From: Lama guanicoe
Lineage: Eukaryota
Direction: 5' to 3'
Assembly (NCBI GenBank): GCA_013239625.1
Contig: MU054001.1
Location: 1,119,884 to 1,183,883, forward strand
DNA: 64,000 nucleotides
The position numbers and the translations under genes are program-made. Positions 1 through 12,463 of the stretch are shown in pieces. The notes under the pieces were generated by a model. It saw only the letters and a program-made list of their open reading frames with translations. It made no database searches and was not told where the DNA came from. The first letter of the stretch is position 1, and each line of letters starts with the position of its first letter.

Positions 1-85
1 CCTTCCTCAAAGTCCCAAGGTGATGGAGCCAGGATTCCAACCTGGGCAGTATGTGGTAGGAGACCCTGCTCTGAATCACTCCACT
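1..85 (-). mobile_element. MIR SINE fragment (5' part, cut by window edge)
   Basis: gagccaggattccaacctgggcagt...ctctgaatcact matches the reverse complement of the MIR tRNA-like head. Confidence 0.7.
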
Positions 86-2579
86 CGCCAGCTCCCACTG
101 TAGACCATATTGCTATCGTTAACAGTCCTGCCCCTGGCCAGGCACTGGTAGGTTTTGCTTTGTAAGGGGGATGTGTGGTCTGACAGATTAAAGAAGAGCT
201 GCCAGGAGCCTGACCCAACATAGGGCCAGTGGCCCAAGAAAGGAACTTCCTGATGCCTCCTCTAGGCAGCCCAAAGGATCTGTGGCCTCAGCTGGCTTTT
301 TGACTAAAGACACAAGTAGTTTCAAGCCCCTGGAGCTGCAAGCTAATGGTGGGAGTGGACACATCCACAGTTCATTATTGGTGGTGGATCACTCAGAGCA
401 GGGGGACTGTGGGGGAACACGGACCACATGCACTCTTTGAGGACAGTGTCCTCTGTAAACAAAGTCCCAGCATTTATGGGTGAGGGACACCAAAGCAATG
501 TTCCTAACTTGAAATTTCCATCCAGCCAAAATCTACCAGCAACTTTCCTCCCATCCCAGAGGTTTCTAGACGGTGGGTAACTCCAGGCCGAGCCAAGGGC
601 AAACCCCCAAACTACAGCCTTAAGAGTCCTTGGGTACCCACTGGGCCCAGATCCAAAGAGACACTGGGACCAGTACACTGGTCACTTTCAAATGCTCGCC
701 CAGAATTGAATGATGAACCCAGGGACTGGACCAGGGCTGGAGCCATGGGGGCAAAAAGCTGAGGGCTAGATGCACTTTTTATTACTATTTTCAACTCGAC
801 CAGCTTAGCAGTGGCAACCAGTAACCAAGCCCCTAGAAGGAAGCCCTGTACTCGGCCCCTGGGATGGACAAGAGCTGTGAGTGGCTGTCTTTCCATCCGG
901 GCATAAGTTAGTGAGCACAGATCCTTCAGACATTCCTTCCCCGTCCCCAAGGGATATCGGGCCCAGGAACTCTTATCTGATGCATCGCAGCCTCTCACTC
1001 CCACTCTCCACTCTCACCATTTGATTTAATCATTAACACAAGGCCTCCGAAGGCAGGCCTGGTGGGCAGAGTCAAAAATGAAGGAAAACTGAAAATCCGC
1101 AGTTCTCCTTCTTTCTTCATTTTCTTCCCAGTTTTGGCAGGCAGAGGATGTGAGCAGGACTTCGGGCGTTAATATTTGAAGCGCTTTCCCTGGTAGCACC
1201 AGCTCCCCACGCCTCTGTCTTTTGTGCAAGTTTAATAAAAATAAATTTTGAATATCAATAAAGTACGTCCTATTTTTCTTGGCATGTCCCGGCCCCGCTC
1301 CATCCTTCTGTTGCAGAAGTCATGCTACAGACAGATCACTTTTCCACAGATCATTGATGTGGTGCCACGAGGGCTGCAGATGATTTGCTAAAATGCTCCA
1401 AAGGTATTCAAATTTCTTTAAAGAAGAAATTCAATTTATGTGCATTTATATTACAATGTCTGTCAGGAAGAAAGGTTATAATCACCAGCATATTTTAGAT
1501 TTACATTTTCTTCTGTACATGAGGTAATGGTATTAGAGGGAAACTCTGAAGCTGAGAGTTGAATTGGACGCATGGTCCTATTTTCATTGCTGCTAAAAGC
1601 AGGTTTTTGAAGTTCTTGAGGAAAGCATATGTTAGCATATGTTAGGGAAATAGCACGAACAGGCAGCTGGGTGGCTGGGAGTCTGAGACATTTGCCTTTC
1701 CTTCGGGCCTCTCCATGTGGGGCACAGACAGGCTATGCCTCCACCCTTCAGGAAGCCATTTGGGGTTTCAGCACCTGACAGAGAGTCCAGAACACAGAGT
1801 CCAGGCTAGATGGGTGTGTTCCAAGGGCACTGTCCTTCCTCACCCTGGGAGTGCTCAGACAGCCAATGTGAGGATCCAGGGAGGGCAGGAAGGAGTAAAC
1901 CACTAACTTACCCAGGAAGCAATCCTGGATATTCTAAAATTACTTCCAGTGCTTTCTCCTGGGGGGCTGGGGGGATGCATCCATCATAGGTGCCCAGGAA
2001 GCTTTCAGCTTCAACTCTTTGACCACCTGATAGACCAGTACAAGCAAAGTGGTGGCTGCTCCTGCTTCATGTGAACAAAAAGCTGGAGTCTCTGTTTCTT
2101 GTCTGAGAGCCAAAGCTGGTAACAGGCAAAACTGGGATTTCAGTCCAGGAGGTTTGGTTCCATGAGCCACTGTGTTAATCCAGTTGCCTTGGGCCATCCA
2201 GGTGCAGACCACATTTAGGTTTCTTGAGCTATGCTCCCTAGACAAGGGTCTGCAGGAAGCGGAGTGGATGAATGTCCCTTAGTGATACTGACCAGGTCCA
2301 CAGCATTTCACTCTTCCGCTCCACAGTGGAGATGCGGACATCTGACCTCACTGCTTCCAAATCATGCATTAAAAAAGATTCAGTGAGGGAAAGAGGACAA
2401 TGTTTCCTCAGCTTCTCTTCCATGATTAAAAATATATATTTTATTTGATGTCTGTTTTTAATGTCACCATTTCTTTTATTGTGTTTCCTCCTAAAACAAA
2501 ACTAATAACCTCTGAGTGTAGAATATTTGGGAACTATGTAAAATACATAGGTAAGCTGGAAAAAAACCTTAAAATTAAT

Positions 2580-3105
2580 TTTAGTTCTACTTCCTAGAGG
2601 TAACCATTGTTAACATTTTGGTATACATCTTTTATATTTTATACACATCTATATTCTGGGTATAACATATTTTATTTGAATATATTTTCATAAAAGTAAA
2701 ATCATACTAAATTGTTTCACTGATATATACTGGTTCACAACAGGTTATAGGCATCTTTTTACATCACTGAATAGTTTTCTAAAACAGAATTTTAACAGCT
2801 GCATAGTATTCCCTTCCATGGCTATACCTTGAAGTATTTAACCAATCCCCCCCTTATTGGATATGTAGGTTGTTCCCTATCTTTCACTAATACAGTTGGT
2901 ACCATGATATACTTTCGTGTAGCTAAGTCTTTGCTCATATCCACAATTATTTACTTAGGACAAATCCCTAAAAGTGAAATGTCGTGGGGGAGGGGTCCCA
3001 CAGGATACATATATTTTTAATTTATTTGGTCAAGATTGCCATATTGTCTCCAGAAAGGTTGTATCATTCACTCTGTCCAACAGCAGTGGGTGAGATTCCA
3101 TGTTT
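2580..3105 (-). mobile_element. Old L1 (L1ME-like) 3' region fragment
   Basis: AT-rich, with antisense L1 motifs gctgcatagtattcc, ttattggatatgtaggttgtt and ccagaaaggttgtatc...ccaacagcagtg. Confidence 0.7.
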
Positions 3106-3149
3106 CACTGACTGAAACTCTAACTTAACTGGTTGAGAAAACCTCTAAG

Positions 3150-3366
3150 TTATTGTTTTGCCTGGAGAAATAGTGGCTTCCTTGGGAGCTTGGCCTCACT
3201 CACACTGATGCCGGCTGGGGCACCTCATGCCCTTCCAAGTGGCCTCTCACCTTTTTGAAGGCCAGACTGGCTTCTTTGCTTGGTGGTCCTGGGGCCATGT
3301 TCCAAGAGGGCCAAGGCAGAAACTTCAAGGCCACTTAAGGCTTAAGCTCCAAACTTGCCCACCCAC
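3150..3366 (-). mobile_element. MLT1 (ERVL-MaLR) LTR, left piece
   Basis: gttccaagagggccaaggcagaaacttcaaggcc...aaacttg resembles antisense MLT1; it continues after the L1 insert. Confidence 0.6.
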
Positions 3367-3367
3367 A

Positions 3368-3804
3368 CTTTTTTTAGATTTTTATTGTGATAAAATATAT
3401 ATAGCATACAAGTTACCATTTGAACCATTTTTAAGTGTACAAGTCACTGACACTAAGTATGCTCACATTGCTGTGCCACCAACACCACCATCCATCTCCA
3501 AGAATGTTTCCATCTTCCCACTCCCTGGCTCTTGGGAACCACCATTCTATCTCTGCCTTTATGAATCTGACTACTCTGGGAACCTCACAGTAGTGGAATC
3601 ACACAGTATTTTTGTCCTTTTGCGTCTGGCTCATTTCACTTAGTATGATGTCTTCAAGGCTCATCCGTGTTGTAGCCTGTGTCAGAATTTCCTTTCTTTT
3701 TAAGGCTGAATAATATTCTTTGTATGTACAGAACATATTTTGTTCATCCATTTATCTGTCCATGGACACTCAGGTGGTTTCCACCTTTTGGCTGGTGTGA
3801 ATAA
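3368..3804 (-). mobile_element. L1 3' end (L1MA/MB-like) inserted in MLT1
   Basis: T-tract, then tttttattgtgataaaatat...aagtgtaca...cttttgcgtctggctcatttcacttagtatgatgtcttcaagg...ccaccttttggct, the canonical antisense L1 3' UTR. Confidence 0.85.
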
Positions 3805-3985
3805 GCCTCACTTCTGCCACTTTCTATAGGATATAGCAAACCCCAAGGCCAGTCCTGACTCAAGAGGGTGGAGAAACAGGCCTCCCAGTGGATGGGAGGG
3901 GCAGCAGCATCACATTGTGAGGCCCCTGGATGCAGGGAGGCCTGATCCATTGGGGCCACTGTGTGATACCCATCTCCCACAGAAG
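3805..3985 (-). mobile_element. MLT1 LTR, right piece
   Basis: tcacttctgccactttctat...aaggccagtcctgactcaagagg...atcacattg...cattggggcca continues the MLT1 consensus. Confidence 0.65.
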
Positions 3986-4319
3986 CAAACGATAGCATGG
4001 ACATCACAGAGATCTCAGCAGCAGCCAGTGAAATGTAACAGGTTTTGAGTGCAAAGGCCAGAACTGCTGGTTCAAAGAATAACTTGCACGTGCAGAGGAA
4101 GGGGAAAGTGGGCGTGTTTGTGGCACATAGATTTGGGGTGAGAGAACTCTGCTGCCTTCCAGTTCAAAGGCGTCATGAGTTCCATGCAGTGCTTAAGAGT
4201 TGAACAGAAACAAACTCTGTAATGAGTGGACTGGTCTGTGCAGCAGATGAAACAGAACTATTAGAAGAAAGGGGCAGGAATGGGAGCAGAGGCGTCCTAG
4301 TCCCCTCAGCTCCTCAGGA

Positions 4320-4448
4320 AACATGAGCTGTGCTACTGTCGGTTCATTCCTACCCTCTCTGTGCTTAGGTTTTCTCAGCAGTAAAATGGAAATCATGACC
4401 TCTAGCTTGTTGTGAACAGATGAACTGATGTTTGTGCAAGTCACTTAA
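4320..4448 (+). mobile_element. MIR SINE fragment
   Basis: ctctctgtgcttaggttttctcagcagtaaaatggaaat matches the MIR core. Confidence 0.65.
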
Positions 4449-4894
4449 AAAAAAAGCAGAAACATGATCGTGTGTTGCTCCTTCCTCCTTCCCCGGGTGA
4501 TCTCTTTCAAGTAGCCACATGCTCTTTTTTGGTGTCTGATTCTCCCTTTCTTCCCATCTGGGGTTACTGACAGTGGTCTTGTCTTTGCTTTATCTGATTT
4601 CTCTCTGAAGTACAGCCAGATGCCCTCAAAAGACTCAAGAGCTAAGTTTACCAGGATGCTTCCTGGTACATTTCGATTTCAAAGTGCACCACGGGTTCTG
4701 ATGCATTAAACAGTAACGACGGCCACAACCACAAGGAACAGCCCAACTGCCCCAGCCTCCTTGCTACCCTCTGTCTATCTTCCTGTTCCCCTGAGAGAGG
4801 GGGGTGAAAAGAGGCCCACAGAGGACCATTCAGAGTAGAATGATGGCCACCTGCCTTGTCACTACCCCTCAATCAGAAGGACCTGAATCATAAG

Positions 4895-5345
4895 GTGTGG
4901 GGACAGGAAGTCTCCCTGGACCTCAGTTTCTTCATCTGTAAAATGGGGGTGACACTGCACCAGGATTAAGAGTGAGGTGAGTAAGTGCAGGGTAGGGTGC
5001 TACATTATTTAAAATCTGGATAATGTGCTCATTGTAAATGTTTTGCATTGACTTTCTTAAAGAGGCATTAAAATATTTTTGTGTGTGTGAGGAACCTTTC
5101 CAAAATGTTCTGATTGAAGTGTAACTAACATACAGGAAAGTGCACAAATCTCAAGCACACAGCTCAAGATTAAGACAGATACTGAGTTTCTTGACATCCC
5201 CTTAAATTCTGGGCCTGCAGTAAGTGCCTCATGTGTTCACCCTGGTCTCAGCCCTGCGGGCAGTGCCGATCTCATGGGGTTGTTGCAGGGATGAAATGAG
5301 GTGATGTGGGGCAATCAGTGATGGGCCCACAGCAGGTGCCAGACA
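4895..5345 (+). mobile_element. MIR interrupted by a MER96B-like hAT MITE (~4955-5257), itself containing a short L1 3' tip (~5105-5168)
   Basis: MIR core cctcagtttcttcatctgtaaaatggg breaks at ~4954 and resumes at ctcatggggttgttgcagggatgaaatgagg. The insert ends read ccaggattaagagtgaggtgagt and ccttaaattctgggcctg...gtgcctca...caccctggtctcagccctg. Confidence 0.6.
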
Positions 5346-5994
5346 CAGGTGAGGTGGTTACAGCCAGACACAGATGAGCTGTGGTCACAATCACCTCATC
5401 CATTACATCTGCCCCCTTGCCTGGACCAAGACATTGTGGCTGAGAGGTCGCACAACCAGGTGGCCTGACTCCAGAACACGCATCTCTCCCCCTACTTCAT
5501 TTTTGTGTCTTTCAAAAATCTTCCCACCTGCATTCCAATTCCTAGTTGAATAATCTCCATCCAATGGTCTCTTTCTCTACCTCTCAGCCCCCATCCCCCA
5601 CCAGATGTTCCAGAATGAAAGTATCTGAGACAATGAGCTGAATTTCTAAAAACTTACATCCAAACGTCTGGAAGGCTCTTGCACGGGTGATTAAATTAAG
5701 AGAAAGTATGCTTACACAGAGAGTGCCCCTGCCAAATTGAATTCTTGTTCATCATGTTGTTTTTGGATAAAGAACGGGACCCCTCCCTTTACGGTTAGCT
5801 CTGAGATGACTCTGCTTGCAAGAGGCCAAAAGCATCACACAGCCTCTCGGGGGCCCAGGACATAGGACCCTTCCTCTGCATTTAATTTCTGAAGCTCCCT
5901 TGGGACAACATCTCCACTTGCGCCATCCAGGGCCATCTAGCCATCCATCTGTAGCCTCCAAAAGATGCAGAGGGGCTGCCGACAACAAGTCTTG

Positions 5995-6175
5995 TCACTG
6001 CTGCTCGGAGTGGGGCCCCTGGACTGGCAGCAGTAGTGGCAGCAGCACCCGGGAGCTGGCAGACATGTCGATTCTCAGGCCCCGCCCCCAGGCCCACTGA
6101 ATCAGAAGCTCTGCAGGTGGGGCCCAGAAATCTGCATTTTTCTTGAATCTTCCAGGGGATTCCAATGCCACTGGT
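5995..6175. mobile_element. MER5A-like hAT-Charlie MITE
   Basis: cagcagcacccgggagctgg...attctcaggccccgcccc...actgaatcagaagctctg...gggcccagaaatctgcattt. Confidence 0.8.
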
Positions 6176-6459
6176 CTTGTCCCACATCAGCATTCAGCAC
6201 TTTCTTCTGATGGGCTTTACTTCCTGCAAGAAAAAGTTCTTTCCAATTTTGGCCAAGAGGAAGAATTTGAGTTCCCAGAAGGAAAAAGGAGTTATGTGTA
6301 ACTCGGATGCAAAGCATGGATAGGAAGGGGTGCAATGAAAAGAACAAGGAGCAAAAGTGGGGGGCCCAAGGAAGACAAGATGTCCCCACAGCTGAGCAAA
6401 GGACAGATGTCAGAACAGGAAAAGACCAGCCTCTCTTCTTTGGTCTGTCTGCTGTCAGT

Positions 6460-6700
6460 CCTGCACACAGAGCTGATCTTCCTAAGTCACAATCGATGAT
6501 GTCACTTCCTTCTGAAGCTCCCCGCCGGCCTCAGGTATAGGCCTGGAACTCCCTGGCACAGGCCCTCCATAACCTAGCCTCTGCTACCTCACCTGATGCT
6601 GAGCACCCAATGGTACCCACCACTTCTGGTCCCCACAATGGGCTCTCTTGGTCTCCAGACTCAATATGCCTTTCCTTCTGCCTGGGTTCATTCACCTACT
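6460..6700 (+). mobile_element. L2 LINE fragment
   Basis: cagagctgatcttcctaa...atgtcacttcc...aggccctccataacctagcctctgctacctc. Confidence 0.6.
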
Positions 6701-8214
6701 GGCGTGTCTCATAGGTACCTGCTCCCAAGAGGCCAACCTCTGAAGCAATGGCCGTTTGTATCTCCCCAACCTCCACCAACTCTGATACAAAAGATGTCCC
6801 TCTGCCTTCAATTCTTCTTAACCTTGAGGTCAAAGGATGCATGTTTCAGTGATGGCCACCGAGAGCTATCCAGGAAACAGCTGACACTGTAGGATGCTCA
6901 GCTGGGAATAAGCAAAGTTTTGGGGTGAGAGGCCTTGGACTGGGAGAAAAAATGCATCCCACCCTTTCAAGCCCCTCTGACCCATCACTAGGTTGCACCT
7001 CCCTGGTCACATTCCAAAACCCCCCTTGTTATTTCTGGGTTGACTTTCCTAACTACCATCTATGTTGAGCCTCTCAGTAGCATGACTCTCTCTGTGAAGA
7101 AGCTACAACCCAACTTCTAGAAGAAAACTTCAGGGCTTTTACTTCGATCCTTACTCATGAATACAGTTGTTTGGTAATTATTACCCAACTTGCTTTAATA
7201 TTTAGCCAGCCAGTCAGGGAGCACTCATTTTCCATCGACTTTTACAATGGTTCTCCACAATCTAACCCAACTTTGAGGAATCTTTTTCCAACTTTCCAAA
7301 CCACAGTGGACATGTGCCTTGCAGAGTCCACTTACTGTAGCCCAAAGCTACAAGCTTTGCAACACTGGGAGATACCGAAGGCAAGACGTGCCCACCAGCT
7401 ACAGAGGATGCTTGGCAGTGGCCCCTTGAGAAACGAGGAGGAGAGGAACAGGAAGGACGAAGTCTTGAGAAGGCCGACAGCAGAATCCAAACAGTTAAGT
7501 GGCAAGGGGAGGATAGGTCCAGTGCCAACTTCTGGTGAAGTGACACATGTTTCTGCTTTGCATGATCAGTTTTTACTTTTAACATTGAAGATTAAAATTA
7601 AGTGCATTACCATAGATCAGTTTACACGGATTTGGTACATCTGTTTTGGAAATGTAAAACAAAACTGAGTAACATCATTATATGTATTACCAGAATTGGA
7701 GAAAGGGATCGGTAACAGTCGGGACCGCCCCCACGCTACCTCCACATTTCAGCAACCGTCACACTTGGAAGATGTTGGGCCAGAGCTAGTGGAAGAGCTA
7801 CCCTCCAAAACTGCAAGGAGGCCCTGAGACACAGTCCAGATCCCCTGGTGGCCCGGCCCCCACAGCAGCCACCTCCCGGGCAGAGGCCCCAGTCGGTGCC
7901 CTCCACCTCCCACCCCCTACCCCGTCTGACACCCCACAGCGCCTCGCTCGCCAAGAGTTTTCCGCTGACCTCTGAGGTCCAGCCAGAAGGGAGAAGACTG
8001 GCAAGTTGGATTATTGCTTCAATAATGAGCGAATGGTTTCTGGTTTGCTATTTACACTGCTCTCCGGGAGAGAAAACAAGTCTTCCAACTGAAGTACTCC
8101 AATTTCCACCATTTATCCAAGATTACACATCTAATCCCATAATAAAACACCATTCCTGCCCAGAAAGCAGAGTGATTGCCTACAGATGTGCCCTGACCAA
8201 AACATCTGCACATC

Positions 8215-8490
8215 CAAGATGGCCACCGGCACGGTCTTATCGACTCCGGGTGGACGACCGAAACGGCTAATTAACTTCTGAAACTTTCCGAGTGGAAATC
8301 CCGGACAGAGGATGAAAAAGGCAGGCTGCTGACAGAAGCCCCGTCTCCGGACGCGCTGCCGGAGGCCGGAGGCCTGGCTGTGCCCGACTTCGCGGAACCC
8401 CTCACAGGCTGAGGAAGTTGGGTCCCAGAGGCGCGCCGTCCCTGACACGGGAAAATAAAATGCTTTCCTAATGTGCCTGGCACGGCGTCA
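8215..8490. promoter_or_regulatory. Small orphan CpG island (candidate promoter/enhancer)
   Basis: About 24 CpGs in ~270 bp by manual count, in otherwise CpG-depleted DNA; not a recognisable repeat. Confidence 0.55.
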
Positions 8491-9834
8491 GTAAAATACC
8501 TCATCTGAATTTTTATTCCACTGACAAATGATGTGCGTTCCGGCCTTTATCTAGCTGCTTATATTCAGTATCTGAGTGCAGCAAAGATTTCTTAATTTGC
8601 TCGTTTCTCTTGGTACCATTTAGAATGAGAGCTTGGGATGAAAACTTATCACGAGGCCAAGAAAGATGTCTACCTGCTCATCGCAAACCCCTGGAAATTG
8701 CCAGGCCCCGTTGGATCGCTTCACATAATCATCTCGGCTCTCCCTTGATTTGTCTCTCAATATTGTGTTTAAAAATGTAACCCAATCACCAAGCCCAACA
8801 AGCAGTCTGTTTATTATTACTTTTGATAGAAAGGTTCATAACATCCTGTAATGTGTGTGCATTTTTTATTCCGTTTGGCTACTAGACACTGAAACCATTT
8901 GGGACATTTATTAAAATGCATTCAGCCGCTCTTTAGGATGAGGTTAATGTGGGATTTATGCCTCTGCGGTGTACGGTGCACAAAGCGGTAATAATGCTTG
9001 TTTAGTACTTAGTTCACGTACAAAATGGTTGGCTATAAAAATCGAAGGAATACAAAGATGGGCTGGAAAAGCACAGAAAGGGGAGGAATTTCTTCAAGTT
9101 GGGGGCTTACACAGGACACCAGACATGGAGGAGAAATTTATTTTAATGGAAAATCGAATCCTCTGGTTGCATGAGACAAGTGGGGGTCCCCAGAAAGAAG
9201 CCTGGTTTGATAGACTCAGGCCTGCCAACCTGTCCAGGGAGTCCTGTGCCACCTGGTGTCGACAAGAGATGCTTTCTGTGCAGGCAAACAGACCCAAGCC
9301 TGCAGAGAGGGTCAGAAGGCCAGGGGCAGAGCCGGTCAGACGTCAGGGGTCCAGCCCTTGTGGTATCCAAACCAGATGGGCCCAGAAAGATGTGGATAAA
9401 AATTCCAAGCAACTTCCAAAAGGCTGGCTGGGCGTCTGGGCAGGAGACAGAGCACACTTGTTTCCTACATGTGCTGGTGATGTGCTTGCTTACAAAAGCA
9501 GAAGTGATCCAGAAACCCCCTGGAAACCACTCAGCGCCACCTCCCAGGGCAGGTGATGGCCAGGGTCCTGCTTCCTGCAGGAGAGTCAGGGCTTCGGGGA
9601 CCTAGGAACGGGAGGAGTCTTCCCCCCAGCTGCATCTCAGCTCGCTTCACTGAGGCCGGGGAATGCACAGCGGGTGGATCAAATCCATTCCCTAGCCACC
9701 ACAACTGGGTTTGGGGGGAACTGGACTGAAGGCTCTGCTCTCTGCTTCCCACCCCAAGTGAGGGCAGGCAGGTTGAAAGTAGACGTCAATAGGGGTGGCC
9801 AACTGCTAGCATCTCCCTGGCAAGATGGCAGGAG

Positions 9835-10365
9835 CCCTCTCACTGGTCTCCCTGCTCTTGGTCTCACCCTTCAATTCATTGTCCGATATGAGCCCCAGGG
9901 ATCCCCTTAGACTAAAAATCAAACCAAGTTGTTCTTTCATCTGCTCAAACCCTCCCCAGGCTTCCCACCACCCTCAGAACATCTGAAGTCCTCCCCAGAG
10001 CCCACAAGGCCCTGCACCATCTGCTTCCTGCCTCCTTTCACCCTCCTCTGCTCCAGGCTCAGGACCTTTGCACATGCTGGGTCCCCTGCTCAGAGTACTG
10101 CTGTTTCAGATATTTGCCTGGCTGGCTCCTCTTTATCTCCACTTAAATACTCCCTCCTCACAGAGACTTTACCTTGCCACCCAGTGGAACGTGGACCCCC
10201 TCACCCTCTTTCACAGCACTCTATTTTAATTATCAGCAGAGCATTCAGTGCCACATTGCTGCCCTTGTTCATTTACTGTGGTTTTGTTGTTCTTTATTCA
10301 GCCTCTCTGTACCAAGATAGAAGCTTTTTGAAGGCAACAGCCTTACCTGTCTGGTTCACCTCCCA
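9835..10365 (+). mobile_element. L2 LINE 3' region
   Basis: ctcactggtctccctgct...ctgctcaaaccctcc...caaggccctgca...ctcaggacctttgcacatgctg...gaaggca...gtctggttcac. Confidence 0.8.
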
Positions 10366-11014
10366 GACCAGCCTTGAGTCCCCTGGTCATGCCTTCCACC
10401 TTCATGCACTTGCCTAGTCTCCTTCTCAACCTCTTATCGGTCCCATCACCCTCTCCCTGCCACCACCCCAAAGAGAATGACTTCTTTAAACACACACAGT
10501 CCAAACCACAGCAGGTCATGAGAAAGTGATGGGAAGAGGAGCAAACTTGACTGTCAATCAAATTTTAAAAAAATGGGTCCTCTGGCTTCCGACAGCTTTC
10601 ACTACGTGCCTGTGGCTCATTTGAGGAATTATTCTCGGGGACCATTTGCTCTCCTGGCACCGCATCTCCAGCATGTGTATGAGACACATCCCAGGGCGGG
10701 GCGCTGTGCTTAGTTATACTAGATGACAAATGTTTCCACAGCTGCAAACAAGACACTTTTGCTAAGAAGTTGGGGCTGTCGGGGAAGCATGAGGACCTTA
10801 TTATGGGTGTTTGAATGAAGAAAGAGAAGGCAGGCAGCAGGGATCCCGCTAGACAGCATCAGGGCAAATGGCAAGTCTAAGCAAGACAAATAGAGTGAGC
10901 CTCTGCTGCTATCTTAACAGGCAAGCCATTTAACTGGAAATATACCGAGTAATTAAATTAAAATTGGCAGAGATCCGCTGAGTGCACCACTCTAAAAACA
11001 ATACTAAAAGCCAG

Positions 11015-11225
11015 CATGGATCGAGTGCTTGCTATATGCACCGCATATATATTACTTCCCTCTGTCTTCACCACAGCTCTACGAATTGGATATTCTGATC
11101 AGTACAGATGAGGACACTGAGGCACGGGAAGATTAAGTAACCTGCCAGCACTAGGAATGCAGCCAGAGCGCCGAATGGCATCTGTCAGACCCTCAGCTCC
11201 TGTGCTAAAAGCTTCCATCCTCTAC
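11015..11225 (-). mobile_element. MIR SINE
   Basis: tacagatgaggacactgaggcacgggaagattaagtaacctgcc is the antisense MIR core. Confidence 0.8.
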
Positions 11226-11244
11226 TCGGCATGTTCAGCTGAAG

Positions 11245-11421
11245 CAGTGTTGTTGAACCAGGACTGCACAGTCACCTGGGTGCTCTTTTCAAAAACACTC
11301 CTGCCCAAACCCCTGCTCTGGCTAATTAAATTAGAGTCACTAGCAGCGGGTCAGGCTTAGGATTTCTCAAAAGCCTTCAAAAGGTGATTTTAATGTGCAA
11401 CCAGACCTGACACACACCCTG
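11245..11421. mobile_element. MER5-family MITE (MER5B-like)
   Basis: cagtgttgttgaacc...gtcacctggg...attaaattagagtcact...ggtgattttaatgtgcaacca. Confidence 0.65.
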
Positions 11422-11434
11422 CTCTAACTAGTGT

Positions 11435-11632
11435 AGTCATTCTCAAAGTGGGGCTCCCTAGACCATCACCAGCAGCAGCACCTGAGGACCTGTTAGAAGC
11501 ACAAATCCCAGAACCTAACCTAGACCAGGTGAATCAGAAGCTCTGGGGGATGGGGGAGTGGAGCCCAGCAATTGATATTTTAACAACCCCCTCCAGGTAA
11601 TTCTGAAACATGCTAAAGCTTCAAAACCACTG
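11435..11632. mobile_element. MER5A MITE
   Basis: ttctcaaagtg...cagcagcacctgaggacctgttagaa...gaatcagaagctctggg...ttttaacaacccctccaggtaattctga...aaaccactg. Confidence 0.85.
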
Positions 11633-11636
11633 CTCT

Positions 11637-12463
11637 GGACATGTGTTAAGATCTCCTCGAGATCCTGATTTCAGGTCTTGGGGATATATACCCAGAAGTC
11701 TGACTGCTGAATCACACGGTGGTTTTATTTTTCATTTTTTGAGGAATCTCCACACTATTTTCCATAGCACCTGCACCATTTTGCATTCCCACCAACAGCA
11801 GTCAAGTGCTCCAATTTCTCCACATCCTCACCAGCATTTGTTGTCTTCTGGTTTTGGGGATTTTTTTTTTCTGATAAAGCCATCCTGACATGTGCGAGGT
11901 GACATCTCATGGCAGTTTTAGTTTGCAATTCCCTGATGATTAGTGACAAAGAGCTTTCTTTTTTTCATATACGTATTGGCCATTTGCATACGCCTATGTT
12001 CATCACAGCACTAGGCAAAATAACTAAGATGTGGAAACAACCCCAATGTTCACCGACAGATGAATGGATCATGAAAAGGTGGTGTAGCCATAAAATGGAA
12101 TATTATGCAGCCTTCAAAAAGAAGGAAATCCCGCAACACGGATGAACACTGAAGAAATTATCCTAGTGAAATGAGCCAGGCACAGAAAGGCAAGTGCTGC
12201 ATGATTCCACTCATATGAGGTATTGAAAATAGTCAAGATCACAAAATCAAAGACTAGAATAGTGGTTACCAGGGGAGGAGGAGGGATGGGGAAATGGAGA
12301 ATTAATTATTAATCAACAGGCATAAAGTTTCAGTTAAGTAAGATGAATAAGCTCTAGAGATCTGTGCAGCATTGTACCTACGTAATCAGCAAGAACATAT
12401 TGCACATTTAAAAATGAAGAGGAAAGATCTCATGTTGTGTTCTTATCACAATTAAAAAAAAAT
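11637..12463. mobile_element. 5'-truncated, 5'-inverted L1 (L1MA/MB-like): antisense 11637-~11986, sense ~11982-12463
   Basis: An antisense end-of-ORF2 segment is joined to a sense 3' UTR ending in an A tail, flanked by aaaccactgctct / aaacactgctct. Confidence 0.9.

Noticed and set aside
1624..1645. Micro-duplications (agcatatgtt x2; also 12543-12574, ~24152-24181, ~38137-38170)
   Set aside because: These are ordinary slippage duplications with no shared sequence or pattern.
8486..8496. cgtcagtaaaa shared with 61075-61085
   Set aside because: Many exact 11-mer matches are expected by chance in a window this size.
9532..9550. CTCF-like motif
   Set aside because: It has several mismatches in the 5' core and cannot be supported without data.
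8969..9605. Overlapping 195-aa and 144-aa ORFs
   Set aside because: There is no recognisable protein similarity, and overlapping frames on both strands are typical of chance ORFs in GC-rich DNA.
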